From Marsupella aquatica (taxonomy: Eukaryota > Plantae > Marchantiophyta): 64,000 bases of DNA. The notes under the pieces are model-generated. The model ran no database searches, was not told the DNA's origin, and was given only the letters and a program-made list of their open reading frames with translations. The stretch covers positions 18,514,805 through 18,578,804 of the forward strand of contig OZ316894.1 in assembly GCA_973895155.1 (NCBI GenBank), given 5' to 3'. How positions within the stretch are numbered: the stretch's first letter is position 1; each line of letters starts with the position of its first letter. This document shows positions 25,668 through 39,189 of the stretch, piece by piece. The position numbers were made by a program, and so were the translations under genes.

Positions 25668-27474
25668 TTACCATAGCATTAGGATCAAGTGAAAAATTGC
25701 TACCACCTCACAGGGGGAATCCAAGACATTCAACATTACATCAGGTGATAGGGGAGGAGCCTCAGTAGCGCCCGAAATTGTCAAGGCACCAGTCGGGTGT
25801 TGCAGATCTCTTCGCGCTCGCTGACTGGGGGTGCTCCATCCATCATCATCCTGCAAGCGGTGATCAGCAACAAACTGTAAGGCACGCTGATTCCTGGCCT
25901 TCTTTTTCCCCTTTTTCTTTTCATCCGGTGGGGACCGCTTAGCCAATTTCCTGGCCCGATCCTTTTTAACCGTTAAATTAGAGATGAATCCTTCATACTC
26001 TGACAACTCCATGTCGGAGGGCTTCTCTAAAGCAGACAGCCCATCGCCTTCTTCCATTTCCTCTGAGGTTTCCACATCCTGATGCGGTAGACCCGGATTC
26101 TCATCTGGCTCCGCAACAATGAGAGGAGTATCAACTGATCCTGTTCTAGCCAGGTCTTCTGAATTGTTCAGATTATCATTTAATACAGCCGAGGCATAGT
26201 GCATTGTTTGTAGGTTCTGCATGACCTTAGAGATAGCGGTGGCACCAGCCCGTAGGTGAAGAGCAATCACTCTCGCCCTTCCTTCATCCGTGCATTCATC
26301 TACTTCTCGCTCAATTACCACCAAAGGAGGCACCGCATTCCCCCCCATCGCACTACCAAATAAAACAAAATCCCCATTCCATCCGCCGGTGGAGGCGCCC
26401 TGCTCGCAATCAGAGTGTCACTCTTAGCAATAGGTGTTTCCTTGCCCACTTGATCCACCACGGAAGGGAGTGCATTCACTGTTGCAATAGATCCGGCGGG
26501 CACCGTGGCAGGAGCCAACGGTGGGGCAGCGTTCGGGGGTCGACGGGTGCAATACTCACCGGCTCCACAGTCTCATGTAATCTGCAATCCCAAGCGAGAT
26601 GACCTTTTTTGTTGCACTTAAAGCAGTGAAACGGGATATTTTTGAAAATGATAGGCTGCCAAATCAAAAGATCCGCTTTAATCCGGACCTCCACACTTTG
26701 TGGTAGCTCCCGCTGCGTGTCCCAAAGAATACACACACGATCATGCAGATAAGTGCTCAAATCATCCCCTTGGATGTAATGCAGTATATCTCCCAGAGAG
26801 GCAGCCAGCTTGCGTCGACATGGTTCAAGAATAAGTGCCTGGAATGGAATTTCTATCCACACCGGCAGCAACGTAAAGGATTCGTTCCGAATATCAAAAG
26901 AGGGATCCCAAGGGAAAGTAAACACATATTTCCGATCCAGAAACCAAGGGGCCCCCTCCAATGCCAGGTCACGATGCTCCAGATTTTTGAAAGCCACCAA
27001 ATAGAAGCTCTTCCCCACAAACTTTACTTGTGTCACAGGCCAGTGCATCTCCTTAACCAAGGTTTTCTCCACCCAGAATTTGAAGGTGGGTAGCATGGGA
27101 GCCCTGTCAGTAAAGTAGCACATCATGGCACAATTAAAGAGCTCCGTGACACTGACCGCTGCTTCCTCCAGGGACCATTCGATAGTCGTGTGCAGTTTAG
27201 ATGGCCAGTCTTGAACTAAGAGATCCGCAATGCGCTTGAGTAAAGGAACACAGGCCTCAGCCGCCTGCTTGTTGGTCTCCATGGGTCTCCCATGGTCCGG
27301 AGCAACAGTCCTACCCAGAGTTCGCGACACCGAGCCAGACCACTGCACAGCATTTGCATTCCTCCTCGCAGATTCCCCAGCAATTATTGGCTCGTCCTCC
27401 ATTCTTTCCCCAATGTCGTCATTGAATCTTCCAGCTTGTCCATCGCCAATCTCTCTATCTTCTCCCGATCCCAA
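25668..27474 (-). pseudogene. LINE ORF1 (DUF4283-like + CCHC knuckle)
   Basis: GAPWFLDRKYV..W, PVWIEIP, CFKCNKKGHLAWDC; frameshifted C-terminal part. Confidence 0.85.
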
Positions 27475-28435
27475 CGAGAGAAGCCATTGGAATTGTCACC
27501 AGAGGGTCAAAGCCCGAACCAGCTCTGGGCCGCAACAGCAGGCATGACTAAATAATTTTCCTTGACGCCATCAGGTTGATTCTCCTGGTTCTCCCCGGAG
27601 CGCACATCCTGTCCGGAATACCTATGTTTCAATTCTTGACGGGATGTATCGTGGGAGGTGGACGCATGAGAATCATGTGTCGGTGGTTCCGACCGAGCAA
27701 CAGGGTTAGCCTAGTATCTAGCTCCACCTTCGGCATCGCGCCGGGAGGTCTTTTCTCTCAAAAGAGCAGGTCCAACTCCACGACCATGATAGCCATAGTT
27801 GGGGCGGGTGTTCTCCATATGTTACCAAGTGTAGCCAGGTCTAGAGGATTCAACAGTATACACCAATCTCCCCGCCCACAGGTCCACCCTATGATGTTTG
27901 TTGATATAGACTTCCGTGCCGAGAATTCTTCTCCAGGGATAAAATAATCAGCTCACCAATCGACAGCAGGTGCTATCAACAGAGCGCAGCGAGTCCCCAA
28001 ATCTATAGCCAAGTTTAGCAGTTTCCCTATATCAGTCACTCTACATTGAGGTAGGATCACATCAAATCAGATTCTTCCACCACGCTCACATGCCTTATCG
28101 CGCAAACACTGCTTGGGCTCCCTTGATCAACTCCACCAACTACTTTAGGGTGGACAAAAACCGCGGCCGTGAACCTTGCACAGTGCCCTATTCATGTGAA
28201 AAAAACCTCCGGCTTCCAAAATCCCCCCAGATGGTTTGATTGATAGCAGAATCACCTCTGTCTAAGAGATAAGCAAGATTAGCACATGAAAAAACCATCC
28301 AGTCGATCAAAAACCCGAGAGAAACCCAAACCCTAGTGCACCTCAGCTCCGTCAGTTCTCTTCTTCAGCTCCGTCAGTCCGTCGGTGCCCCTTTAGGAGA
28401 CAAGTATTAATTTTTGTTTGTTTATGATTGAATAG

Positions 28436-29409
28436 GTGCCTTGTAGGGCCTGTCCTCCATTGGTCTCTAGTCAACTATGGCATGATGCATTCCTAGCTGG
28501 TGCTAGATAGTTGCTTGCATCATCAGTTGAAGACCCCGAGCAATCATGTACCCCCGCACATGTTCCGGCAGATGTTGTTCATGAACCCATAGTGGTAGAG
28601 TTGGGCATGGTAGGGATGATGCACCGCCCCCTACTAGGGTTCTACGCACAAGACCATGTTCTCATAGACGTCGACAACAACATGTAGTTCTAGACACAGA
28701 CCCATCCCATGAGCACTTTAGAAGGAGTGTTATGCCTCCACCAGGGGAGGAGTACATAGAAGTTGAAGGGAGATTGGGCTTATCATATGTGACGGGAAAG
28801 GCAATTAGTGTCTTCAAGGATTTTGACCCTGAGAGTTTTGCGATTCCTCGTGGCCTAGCCATTGATATCCCTATACATATATGGGGTCGGCAATGGATAG
28901 TGAAGGCATCGACCCTTGGCGGGGAGGTTGGATTAGGCTTATGTGCTTTGGAGGACATTGAGGTCCCTCCAAAGCCTTGGCGTCGTGGCTATGATGGGGA
29001 ACACCTTTTCCCTTACATTGGGCCTGTGTATACATCCAAGAGTTGGAACATCCTCTTGCGCCAACATCCAGCTTGGGGGGTATATGCATTGCAGATGGAC
29101 TCAGACCCAGATGAGGTCCTAAGGAGGCCTTGGCATTGTAGGATGATTGATGGGGACCCTGTGCGTTCAGATAACATAGCTGGGTACATCAATAGTACAC
29201 ATGGTAGAGGGAGTGGACTCCAGCCTAATGTAGAGTGGGCTCAGATTTTTGGCCCACCCACTCCGCCTTACTATGTCACACATATGGATGATCATGTTAT
29301 GACAGTAGCCATATGGACCCGAGTACGGACCATTAGGGCGGGTGATGAGTTGTTTTGTGACTATGAATGGAATGCACCCAAGATGGGCATTCGATCTGGC
29401 CACACTTAG
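28436..29409 (+). pseudogene. SET-domain exon inside CACTA-A
   Basis: GLGLCALEDI...PYIGPVY...YALQM...IDGDP...NIAGYINST...PNVEW...RTIRAGDELFCDYEW. Phase-0 acceptor at 28435; one TAG (28508) and one frameshift (~28600) upstream of the intact SET ORF 28732-29409. Confidence 0.8.
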
Positions 29410-29518
29410 CACATATGTGTATTCCCCATTTTTGAAGTAATATAAGAATATTGTAATTTTTTTAGGAACCCATGGGCTAACTCAAACGTATATATCTGTT
29501 TTGTGTGTTGTATGATAG

Positions 29519-30377
29519 AATGCATATGTTAAGCCGGATGTTGGGGTGTTACCACGAGCTATGCGCCAACACCTTGTGCAGGCCATGGAAGATTGGCGAC
29601 ATGCCTCTCTACCACCAGATGGCGATCCGGATGTTCCAGAGCAGGAACCAGATGCCTCCCAATCAAGAGTTGATGAAGATAGGGCAATGGATGACTTGAT
29701 GCACCAATTCTATGACATAGAGGATGGTGATCATGACATGGCTGATGGGGAGAACATTGAGGTCCCACTTCCACATCAAAAAGGTTCAAGGAGTTCAGCC
29801 TCCAAACAGTGGGAGGAAGCACGTCAACATGCGCAAACTCGGATATTTGATGGATCACGCTTGTCTCGTCTTTCAGCAATAATGTTGTTGTTGAACTTGC
29901 AGCAAAGACATGGAGCAAGCAACCTACTTCTTGATGATCTGTTTCGGACATTGCATGATTGTATCTTGCCAGAAGGAAACAACTTGCCAGACTCTTGGAA
30001 AGAGGCAAAGAAGGTGTTGAAGTCCATAGGTCTGCAGTACGAAGTCATTCATGCTTGCGTGAATGATTGCGTTCTGTTTAGAGGCACTTATAAAGTTGCA
30101 ACGTCATGTCCTACATGTGAGAAGCCTAGGTTTCGTGAGGACATGTTGACGGGAAAAGTCCCTCAGAAGGTCATGATGTACTTTCCTCTTATACCTCGTT
30201 TGCGCCACCAATATAGATGTGTTGAGTTGGCTGAGTATATGGTTTGGCATTCCCAAAATCGCTCAGATATGAGTTCACAACCACCCACCATGCGTATGAT
30301 GGTTGACTCCCCTGCAAACAAGTTTGTGGAGGAGAGATGGGGTGAGTTCCAAACTGACCCACATCATGTTCGCCTAG
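29519..30377 (+). pseudogene. CACTA-A TnpD transposase, 5' part (interrupted)
   Basis: LPEGNNLP, IHACVNDCVLFR, CPTC, YFPLIPRL, ...DPHHVRL| break at the insertion. Confidence 0.9.
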
Positions 30378-30427
30378 ATCAGCCTATTCATTAAAAGTGT
30401 ATTTTCTTTTGTTCACAAATCAGTCTT

Positions 30428-30520
30428 GAAATGTACACTTTCATGTCCCCAAATGTACACTTTAAGAAACCCAAATGTACACTTTTTGGTCTCTAAATGT
30501 ACACTTTATAGGCCAAATCA
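30428..30520 (+). repeat. Left subterminal repeats (aaatgtacactt) of element G
   Basis: Four copies next to the left TIR; same unit as at 50965-51290. Confidence 0.8.
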
Positions 30521-30782
30521 TATAAGTATTATATTAATAAATAATACATATTATATCATTTATTGATTCACAAAGAATAATAGGATAGAGATCATTATTT
30601 ATGAATTCACAAAGAATAGTAGGATAGAGATCATACTTATAAAAACATTTCAGCACAAATAAACCCTTGAATATGTGTGAACAAAATGACATAACTCCAA
30701 ATAGATTATAAAATAATATACAATTATCTCCAAATTTACAATGTATTTCTTCTATCTAAGGGGCTTAACATGAGTCATATCT

Positions 30783-31850
30783 CTAAACAAAGTGCTCCTT
30801 ACAATGTGTATTTGAGCACGTGCCCCTGTCTCCTTTACTATCTACCCTAGTGTCACGGTTGCAAGTCCCTTTATCTTCAGGGAGCTGAAACTTGGTGGTG
30901 TTGTTCCTAATGGCTATAATCTCCCGCAAAAAGTGTCTGGGATTTTCTCTATGCGGACCTGAATAGTCCCTTCCTACAAATGCTTTAGCAAGTGACGTGA
31001 CAAGTGCATCGTCAAGTTCTGCCTCAGGACGTAAACTACATATACGATGCTTCACGTTCCAAGGAATCTCATTGCTATTGAGGTCCAACACACTATGTGT
31101 AAACAGTGACTTCCAAATTTTTGTTGCACATCTCTTACTAAGTTGATCATAAGTAATTTCATTTTTTACCTTGTCTCTCTTTATGTGCAATAGAGACCAC
31201 AGTGGAGAGTTAAGAAGAAGATAACATCTAATGTCACTTGCATGGGATAGTTTCTCAAGACAAGGCCAAAGAATTGTTAGAAGAAAATTATCTCCACCAT
31301 TGGCATGCGTGTAGGGCACTGGAAATAGTCCGATCATGCTTGGGTTGGCAAATGCCTTAAGGGGGGAGTCATCCACAAGGAGGGTGTTGGTTTCATCATA
31401 TAGATTTCCAAATCCACTCCATACCACCCGAAAATCCTTCAGTAGCACATTTGCCTTTCCGTTTGTAATGTCATGCCTTTGAATGCCTGTGTCAAAGGCT
31501 TCCACTTGTGTGAATACAAACTTAAGTTTCAACCGCTCCTCAGCAGTGAACATCATGTTCAGCATTTTCACTGTTCAATGTACCCCAGCACATGTCCAAA
31601 TTGCAACGTCAAATCGGTCAAAAACCAACTTTAGAAACTCATGGAGCCCTGGCCTTTCTGTGTACATGCGACTAATTCCATTTTTTCTATCCCAATGCAC
31701 TCCACTTGGGATCACAACATTTCTGGATTTGCCCTTGCTTTGGAATTCAACTGAATCCCAAAGTATTTTGTTAAGATCCAAAATCAGCAATTTGCGCTTG
31801 ATGGAACAAGGTCTTGGTTCTGCAAGTGCAACAAATACCAATCTTAGAGA
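30783..31850 (-). pseudogene. FCP1/NIF-like HAD phosphatase-fold domain
   Basis: KLLILDLNKILWD...RPGLHEFL...FDVAIWT, in-frame TGA at 31575, ...LLKDF..VW...NTLLVDDSPLKAFANP. The DxD motif reads DLN. Confidence 0.75.
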
Positions 31851-32303
31851 TAAAACCACATTTGAAGTTTGGATGGAGATCATCTCTGTCAATCCAACAC
31901 AAGTGGCCAACCACAAAGAAAATATATCTGCATACTGATCAGATTCATTGAGAAACCGTAAAGAGGAGATGGATATTGATACTGATGCTCTAATTGTTAA
32001 ACTTGCCCAGAGAGGCATGACTTTGTGGTAGCTCACTTGAATTGAGACTCATAGGTCTTGGGTTCAACTGTTGTGGCTGACACTTCCCAACTATTGTGGC
32101 TGACTCTTCCCTTTCTGTGGGGTTTCACAGATTTCCCTTTAAAAATAAAAAAAATAAAAATAAAAAATTGTTAAACTTGAAGTATAATTATACAGACTAT
32201 ATTATATCAAATTGATAAGGTCACATCGCTCAATCTAGACCTTGGCTAACAATGCGATCCATATTCATCAATCAAGATATCATCACCGAGTTCTTGTTGG
32301 ATC

Positions 32304-34240
32304 TCATAATTGACATCGGAGGTACTCTCCTCTACCCAATAAGGTGCAGACCAAACCGGAGTTATCAATACTCCCATACTCAATGTGAATACTCAGAGTT
32401 TTTGAATGTCCTAATTTACGAAGAGCGCTTAGGACATTCAGTACAAGATAACCCGAATGGACAGTTATCATCACAACAATGGTAGGATTCCGTGGTAGCT
32501 CTACTATATATTGGAAGAGGACCAAAATCTCTACTTCAGTCCACTCTTTTTGCTGAAGTTGGTTGAAATCAACAATTGCAAGAGGGCATGTTGGAGATTG
32601 TTCTTCCAACGACTCCGGATCCACAGTCTTCATTAGGTTGTTACTAAAAAATGTGACCCACGGCTGGGTCCAAGAACTTGTCCCACCGCCAAACTTTTGA
32701 CAGTAAATATCATCTAGACGCATCACCAATGTCATTGGCAATATCTCACTCTCCTTTGTATGATTTGACTTCAACAAATTTGTCAACCATACATCGCCAG
32801 CTGCTCTTCGGCACCTGTTCAACTCCGAATCGGGACCCAATAATGGGAGGACTTCAATCACTTTAGCCCAATCAGTATCTGCTGGGAAGTGTTTTGGATC
32901 CTTCTTGAAGTAGTAATCTCCAATAAGAGACTTCAATTTGATCAATATCTTCACCTCCTTTGCAAACTCCTCCATCGCTGGAACATCTGACTTATTAGTC
33001 GGATCTTTCTTCAATAAAATCTGACCCGACTTCACCTTGTTCAAAATTCTGGTCAAATCTCTATTTGAGATTTCACCATCAAAACAACGAAACATGGCGA
33101 CGGTTATCGCCTTTTCGGACCTTTTGTTTCCCTGTGTACCAGCCCCATCAGGAAGTTTTCCATCAATCCACATCTGGCACACTAACTACCATAACTCGAA
33201 AAGATCATTCTCGGCAAAAAGTAACCAGTATACATTTTTCAAGTCTTTTCTCCCCATGGTCATCCTTGCCAATGCCAGATAATCCTACAGTCAAAAATTA
33301 GGGAGAATGTTGTAAGTTATCTACAATCAATGAGATTTGATAACACAATCGCTTGCTTGGACAGAGACCATCTCCGTCCAAGCCATAACCAAAAGTAGAA
33401 TGAAGTAAAATCTACAGAATGGAAGGTCTCACTCTTGGACAGAGACCATCTCCATCCAAGTCATAACCAAAAACATATTGAACTAAAATCAATGTAACGG
33501 ACGGTCACACTCTTGGACAGAGACCATCTCTGTCCAAACAAGAAAAATGTTTCTCACCTGAAATTTTTGACTCTCTTGGGCGTTTGATTTGTTGTCCCCG
33601 TGCTTTGGCTTTCTTGGTCTTCCAGTTTCAAGGAATTGTTTTCTTGCATGAACAATTGTATCTTTGAAGCACGATTGAAACACCATCGAAGAATTGATGG
33701 CATTTGATCGCATTGAGTGCTCAACCAGTATAGCCGATGGCGTAAGGTCTAACAATAATCTAGCCTTCCTATATTTTAACTTTTTTGCCAAAACTGTGAG
33801 CTTGGCATCAGTTTCGGCCCACTCAAGAACCCATTTGGCCGCCCTAGCAGAATGTTGCCCACTGACGGCAAGGAAAACAATCTCGCCTTTCTTCACTCCT
33901 GCAAGAAGGTCTTTGCGGTCGTTCTCCGTGCTGTCAAAATGAAGCAGCTTTCTAAGTTTTGGATTGTAAGGAAGAAGGTCCGCAACGTGAGGTTCATGTC
34001 TAGGGTTTTTCACCATGGATTCGACTATGTGCTTCACATGGGCACTGTTGAGCATCCTGTAACATAACCTTGCCGAAGCTGGATAAATTTTCTCCACTGG
34101 AATAGAAAATATTTCATTTATCCCAAAAGTATAGTACTGCTCTATTCTTTGGAGAACATCATTCCCTTCTAAGACCTTCTTCACCTCCGGGGCATCAAGT
34201 TTGTCTCCCTCATCCTCTGGGAGCATCTATACGTCCGTCG
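32304..34240 (-). pseudogene. ParB-like gene of element G, 3' exons (ParB domain + possible degenerate MTase region)
   Basis: YRMLNSAHVKHIVESMVKNP...FLAVSGQHSARAAK...HSMRSNAIN aligns by eye with E1 (HVENIKMLLMKNP...IGGNHGARAK). Downstream ILNKVKSGQI and PLAIVDF parallel E1 LLNRVIGKKI and LAIADIPY. Confidence 0.65.
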
Positions 34241-34243
34241 GAG

Positions 34244-34771
34244 TTGACCGCGCATGCTTGGGCTGAACAAGAAGTCTGGGAAGCAAAGGCACGGCTTGCT
34301 GATGTCCAATATGGACCTGTACTCAACAAAGGACAGAGCTCTAGAAGGCTGAAGAGTATGTTGGCTGAGGAGACGAAGCAACCAACCCCCATTCTGAAAG
34401 GGCTAAGCATGGTATTTGTGGAGGCGGGAATTGGAGAGGTTAAGTGCAAAGTGTACAAGTCCACGGTGCTTGACCTAGGTGGGACAGTGGAGGAGAATAT
34501 AACAGAGGACACCACTCATGTCATTACTAAGTCATATCCCAAAGCCTGCCGCAAGTTTGGGAAGGGAGACATTCGCTTTTATGTCATGTCCCATAATGTG
34601 TTTGTGGTTTCATATGCTTGGCTTGTGGAATCAGTAGCAGCTGGGAAGTGTCAAAACCCAATGGACTATGATCTTTTTGAGGCCTGGCCACGGAAGGGTC
34701 AGGATCCTTACAGAGAGGACTATGAGACAACAAGTGAGGAATGGGTCATTAGCGATTCTGAATCAGAGTGA
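34244..34771 (+). CDS. BRCT-domain ORF (5'-truncated), probable CACTA-B cargo
   Basis: ILKGLSMVF...LGGTVEENITEDTTHVIT...VVSYAWLVESVAAGK...DY matches the BRCT consensus. Confidence 0.75.
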   Translation: MTAHAWAEQEVWEAKARLADVQYGPVLNKGQSSRRLKSMLAEETKQPTPILKGLSMVFVEAGIGEVKCKVYKSTVLDLGGTVEENITEDTTHVITKSYPKACRKFGKGDIRFYVMSHNVFVVSYAWLVESVAAGKCQNPMDYDLFEAWPRKGQDPYREDYETTSEEWVISDSESE

Positions 34772-35303
34772 GGAGTAGTAGCATCAGTTTGGACACAAGT
34801 TTTTTTGTATAAATCAGATCATTGAAATAAATGTGATCTTTGAACTAATGTACCTTGTTATGGTTGGTGGCAGTTGGGCTTATTTTACTGTTGGCGGATT
34901 GTTGTTTCCTCCTGCCTGGGGGTGTCACTGTAAACGTACTGGGTGGGCTCAAATCTCGGCGGTGAGATATCTAATACCGCTCTCACACCTATGCCTATGA
35001 CTATACATGATTGGACTCTGATATGGTCATGGGTGTACATGCAGAGGCGGTACATTTGAGGACAGCTGTGGAGGTGGTGACACCCTCAAATATTGAGGAA
35101 TTTTGTGTCATTCACTTGACAATAGGTACACTACTCGCAAACCTGTTTTTTTCTTTTGGGGTGGTTTAGGGTTTGTGAGAATTTATTACACGTTATGTTA
35201 ACTCTTTTGGCACATACAGTCAGGGATATATGGAACACAAATACCACCATTAGGCATCCCTGTTCACTGCTGTCCATGACTGTAGAGCTTCCAGCCTGTT
35301 ACA

Positions 35304-38300
35304 ATGCACCCTGGTCACCACCCTCCCCAAACCCAGCCCAGGGCACAGGCACTGCCTTTGCATCATCCCACAAGGATATCACGCCATGATAATAAGCTTT
35401 GGCAGCGTGAAAGGTTACGAATCAGACTTTCAGGAGCCAGTAGGATGAGATGTCCTTGTGCAATCTGCCAAGGATCCCGTACCAGGGGTCTGAATGAGGT
35501 TTGGCGGCATATCGCGGTTCATGGAAGAGATCCACGACATCGAGTTTGGAATGATCCTGCAGAGGAAGATTCTTCCGACGAGGAGTGGAGGTTAGAATTT
35601 GATGCTGCCAATGCTGCAAGACGGGCAAGTGAGGTTCTGCCTGGTGCATTTGACAATGTTGTAACTGGTCTCTGTGGGTTGTCAGCTCTCCAACGGGATG
35701 GTGCTCAGGCAGCACCACGTGACGAAGGAATTCATGTGGAAGAGATGGTGAGAGACATCTTCCAAGACTTGGATGCATTTCACAATGGGCTGGACAACGA
35801 AGAGGATACGGCTGCAGATGCAAGTGTGCCCCCTGTCGAAGAGCCTCTTGATGAGTTTGAGATAGGGCAGGAAACCCCTGGGCATGATGAGATGTTTGGC
35901 TCTCCCCTACAAATACAGGAAGGCAGGAAGTCTTTGTACCCTGGTAGCAAATGTTCTAAACTGGGATTTGTCATCATGTTCCTGAACATTTGCGGCAACC
36001 ACAATGTCCCCAACGTTTTAGTTTCTGAGTTGTTGGCATTCTTGCGAACAACTGTGCTACCAGATGGTAATATTTTGCCCAAGAATATGTACGAGGCAAA
36101 AAGATGCATATCTAATCTTGGATTGAACTATGATTCCATCCATGCCTGTCCTGATGGGCATGTTCTTTTCAGAAAGGAGTATAAAGAATCGTTGACATGC
36201 CCTAAGTGTGGGAAGCACAGGTATCAGAACTCAGGAAAGTCTATGGTTCCCGCCAAGGTACTTCGTCATTTTCCACTCATTCCCAGACTTCAGCGGATGT
36301 TCAGAAGCCATGCCATCTCGGAGATGATGACTTGGGCAACTAACAAGAAAAGTGATGATGGGCTACAACGACATGCTGCAGATTCAAGGCAGTGGAAACT
36401 CATAGATGAGATGTATCCCGAATTTGTTGCTGAGCCGAGGAATGTCAGACTTGGGCTGTCATTGGATGGGGTAAACCCATTTGGAGACAAGAACAACAAA
36501 TTTTCGTGCTGGCCTGTAACTATTTTGAATTATAACCTTCCTCCTTGGATGACTACAAAGCGATTTTTTGTTCTGATGGTCCTACTGATACCAGGGCCAG
36601 ACAGTGCTGTATCTGCCAACATAGATGTGTTTCTGGCTCCCCTAGTGGAGGAATTGAGAAAGCTTTGGGAGGAAGGATTTCTCACATATGATGTCCTACA
36701 GAGGCTTGGGAGGTTAAACCCATTCATCCTTAGAGCCATCGTCATTCTGACTATAGCTGACTACCCAGCCCATGGGATGATATCAGGCCAAACAACAAAA
36801 GGATATTGTGCTTGTACTATCTGTGGGCGCAATGTCACCAGTGAGTACTCCAAAGCCCTGCAGAAAGTGATATACATGGGCCATCGTCGTTTTCTGAAGG
36901 CAGATCACCCTTACAGAGAAAGACAGGCACTGATTGCACACTTTGGCAATGACATTGAGCAACGTGGACCCCCGACACGAGTGACCAAAGAGGAGATCAG
37001 GCAGTGGGGAGCACTGAGGGATGACTATATCAAACGAGGGGGCAGGGAAGATAGAGTGAGTGATCCAATAAAGCGATATGGTGTAAAAAGACTGAGCATA
37101 TTGGACTTGGAGCTCAAGTATTGGAGGGTAAGCCTCTTGGAGTTGATGCTAATTGGGATACATGTTTTGGTTCAGAGCATGTGCATTCATTTCGAAGAGA
37201 GAGACTAAACTTGAGGCATTTGCTGACGCTTTTGCATTGCAACGGTGCAGGAGTTTGAGCCAAGCAAACATAACATTGATGTTATGCACATTGAAAAGAA
37301 TATTTGTGAGAGTCTACTCAGATTCTTGTGTGGAGAGAAAGACACTGGTTCAGTGAGATTGGATCTTGAACAGAGGGGAATGAAACCCCATCTTTGGTTG
37401 AGGCCACATGCCCACAGAGCTGATGTGCTCTTGAAGTACCAAGTGCCCTATGTTCTGACAGACACAGAGTGGGAACTATTTGTGCAGAGGTTGAGTTCTT
37501 TGAAGGTTCCTTCAAACTATGGCAGTGCTTTCAAGAAGCATATCATGACTAGAAAGCTTGGTAGTATGAAAAGCCATGACTACCATATGTTGATGCAATA
37601 GGTGTTGCCTTTATGCCTGAGGGGCCTGTTGCAGAAGCCTGTTCGTAATGTGATCATGCGACTCAGTGATGTGTTTCGTCGTATTTGTGTGAAGGTTTGG
37701 GATGAAACACACTTCCCACAACTGACAGAAGATGTCACTCAGGTGCTGTGTGACCTGGAGATTTATTTTCCTCCCGCATTTTTTGATGTCATGACCCACC
37801 TACTTGTCCATGTTGTGGAAGAGCTACACCAATTTGGGCCTGTGAGTGCTCGTTGGTTGTACCCTTTGGAACGGTACATGAAGGTACTCAAAGGTCACGT
37901 GAGAACATATTACAAACCTGAAGCAAGCATGGCTAAAGGTTACATCAAGGATGAGACTCTGGGATTTCTGACCGAATACATAGCACAATATGAGCATGTG
38001 AAGACCAGGGTGTGGAATTCTGATGAGGAGGAAGGGGTGATAGGTGAAGTACTGGAAGGGGCTGCAACCACAAAGAACCTGACCATATCTATGAGAGACT
38101 TGGCACATGACTTTGTATTACACAACACTGTGGTGATGGAACCCTGGATACAGTGAGTGCATACATGTGCTATAATTCAGTTCATGAGCTTAAATGTTGT
38201 GTGCGTGTGGTTTTCTCCTTCAGCCTGTTCATGTTTACCCAAGTTAATGCTGTGTGGTTGTTTGTTCAGGGAGTATGAGTCATTGAAGGCGGCCCATTCC

Positions 38301-39035
38301 ACTGCAGGAACAACTTTTCCAGGTTTCATGGAGTGGATCAGAGTGGCAATTAGAGAGCATCACGAGACCCACCCAGACATGGATGCAGACGTTTACCTAC
38401 TGTCTAATGCCCCTAGCCTGAAAGTGAAGACTTACAAACGGATGAGAGCATATGGGAATCACTTTCGAGTGAAGGATGGTGACAGTGCCTACAGGGTGAC
38501 GAATGACTGTGGGCTCATCACTGTATTTGAGCAACAGAGCCACAATCACGACAGGGCCTGGATGGAGATGGGATATGTGGGAGAATTAGTTGACATATGG
38601 GCTCTGGACTATGGGGCGGTGTCCAGTCCTGTGATTCTTATGAAAGGTTCATGGGTGCGGCAGGATTGGCTTGGTAACAGGGCTACCATGAAGAGAGACA
38701 ACGACGGTTTCTTGCTAGCCAATTTCAGAGGGAAATTGCCCGAATGGTCTGAGCCATTTGTGTTTCCCAGTCAGGTGGAGCAAGCTTTCTTCCTGGATGT
38801 GGAAGACTCCCCAGGTTGGCGTGTAGTGTGTCATAAACAGGCCAGGCAACGTCGGATGGAAGGATCAAACCTTGAGTTTCATTTACACTCTCATAGTGCC
38901 TTTGATCGTCGGCGTTCAGACCAAGTGCCTGTAGTTCATGATAGCGGGGACTTCATTCCTGTGACAAGGGTAGATGCATTTGCTGAAGGAGGCGAATTCA
39001 GAGATGCAGATGCCAACAGTGTGCCTGTGCCATGA
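35304..39035 (+). pseudogene. CACTA-B TnpD transposase
   Basis: CPCAIC..H, IHACPDGHVLF, RNVRLGLSLDGVNPF, ADYPA, DVMHIEKN, KSHDYH, FFDVMTHL, YPLERYM, EPFVFPSQ. Introns ~37128-37250 and ~38154-38269; in-frame TAG at 37599. Confidence 0.93.
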
Positions 39036-39189
39036 GTAATGTGAATTGTTTGCATGGACATTAGTGAGGGGAAGGATGTGTAATAAAGTAATTCTGAAGC
39101 AACACAGATGTATGGATGGATGCCTGGTCATTGTGGGTGCATTGTGTTATACGGGGTGACCATAGATGACATGTTTTTGTGGTCCAGTA

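Larger units (their letters stand above)
21240..28391 (-). mobile_element. Full-length L1-clade LINE inserted in a CACTA intron
   Basis: 17-bp TSD tttaggagacaagtatt (21223-21239 / 28392-28408); A-rich tail (T tracts 21240-21260); ORF1 and ORF2 present with frameshifts. Confidence 0.92.

Noticed and set aside
27576-27947. Antisense ORF0 in the LINE 5' UTR
   Set aside because: Non-ATG start, no recognisable motif, length compatible with chance.
34223-34225. GCA as left TSD of CACTA-B (matches GCA at 43753-43755)
   Set aside because: Not followed by CACTA, and joining there puts the host gene out of frame; probably chance.
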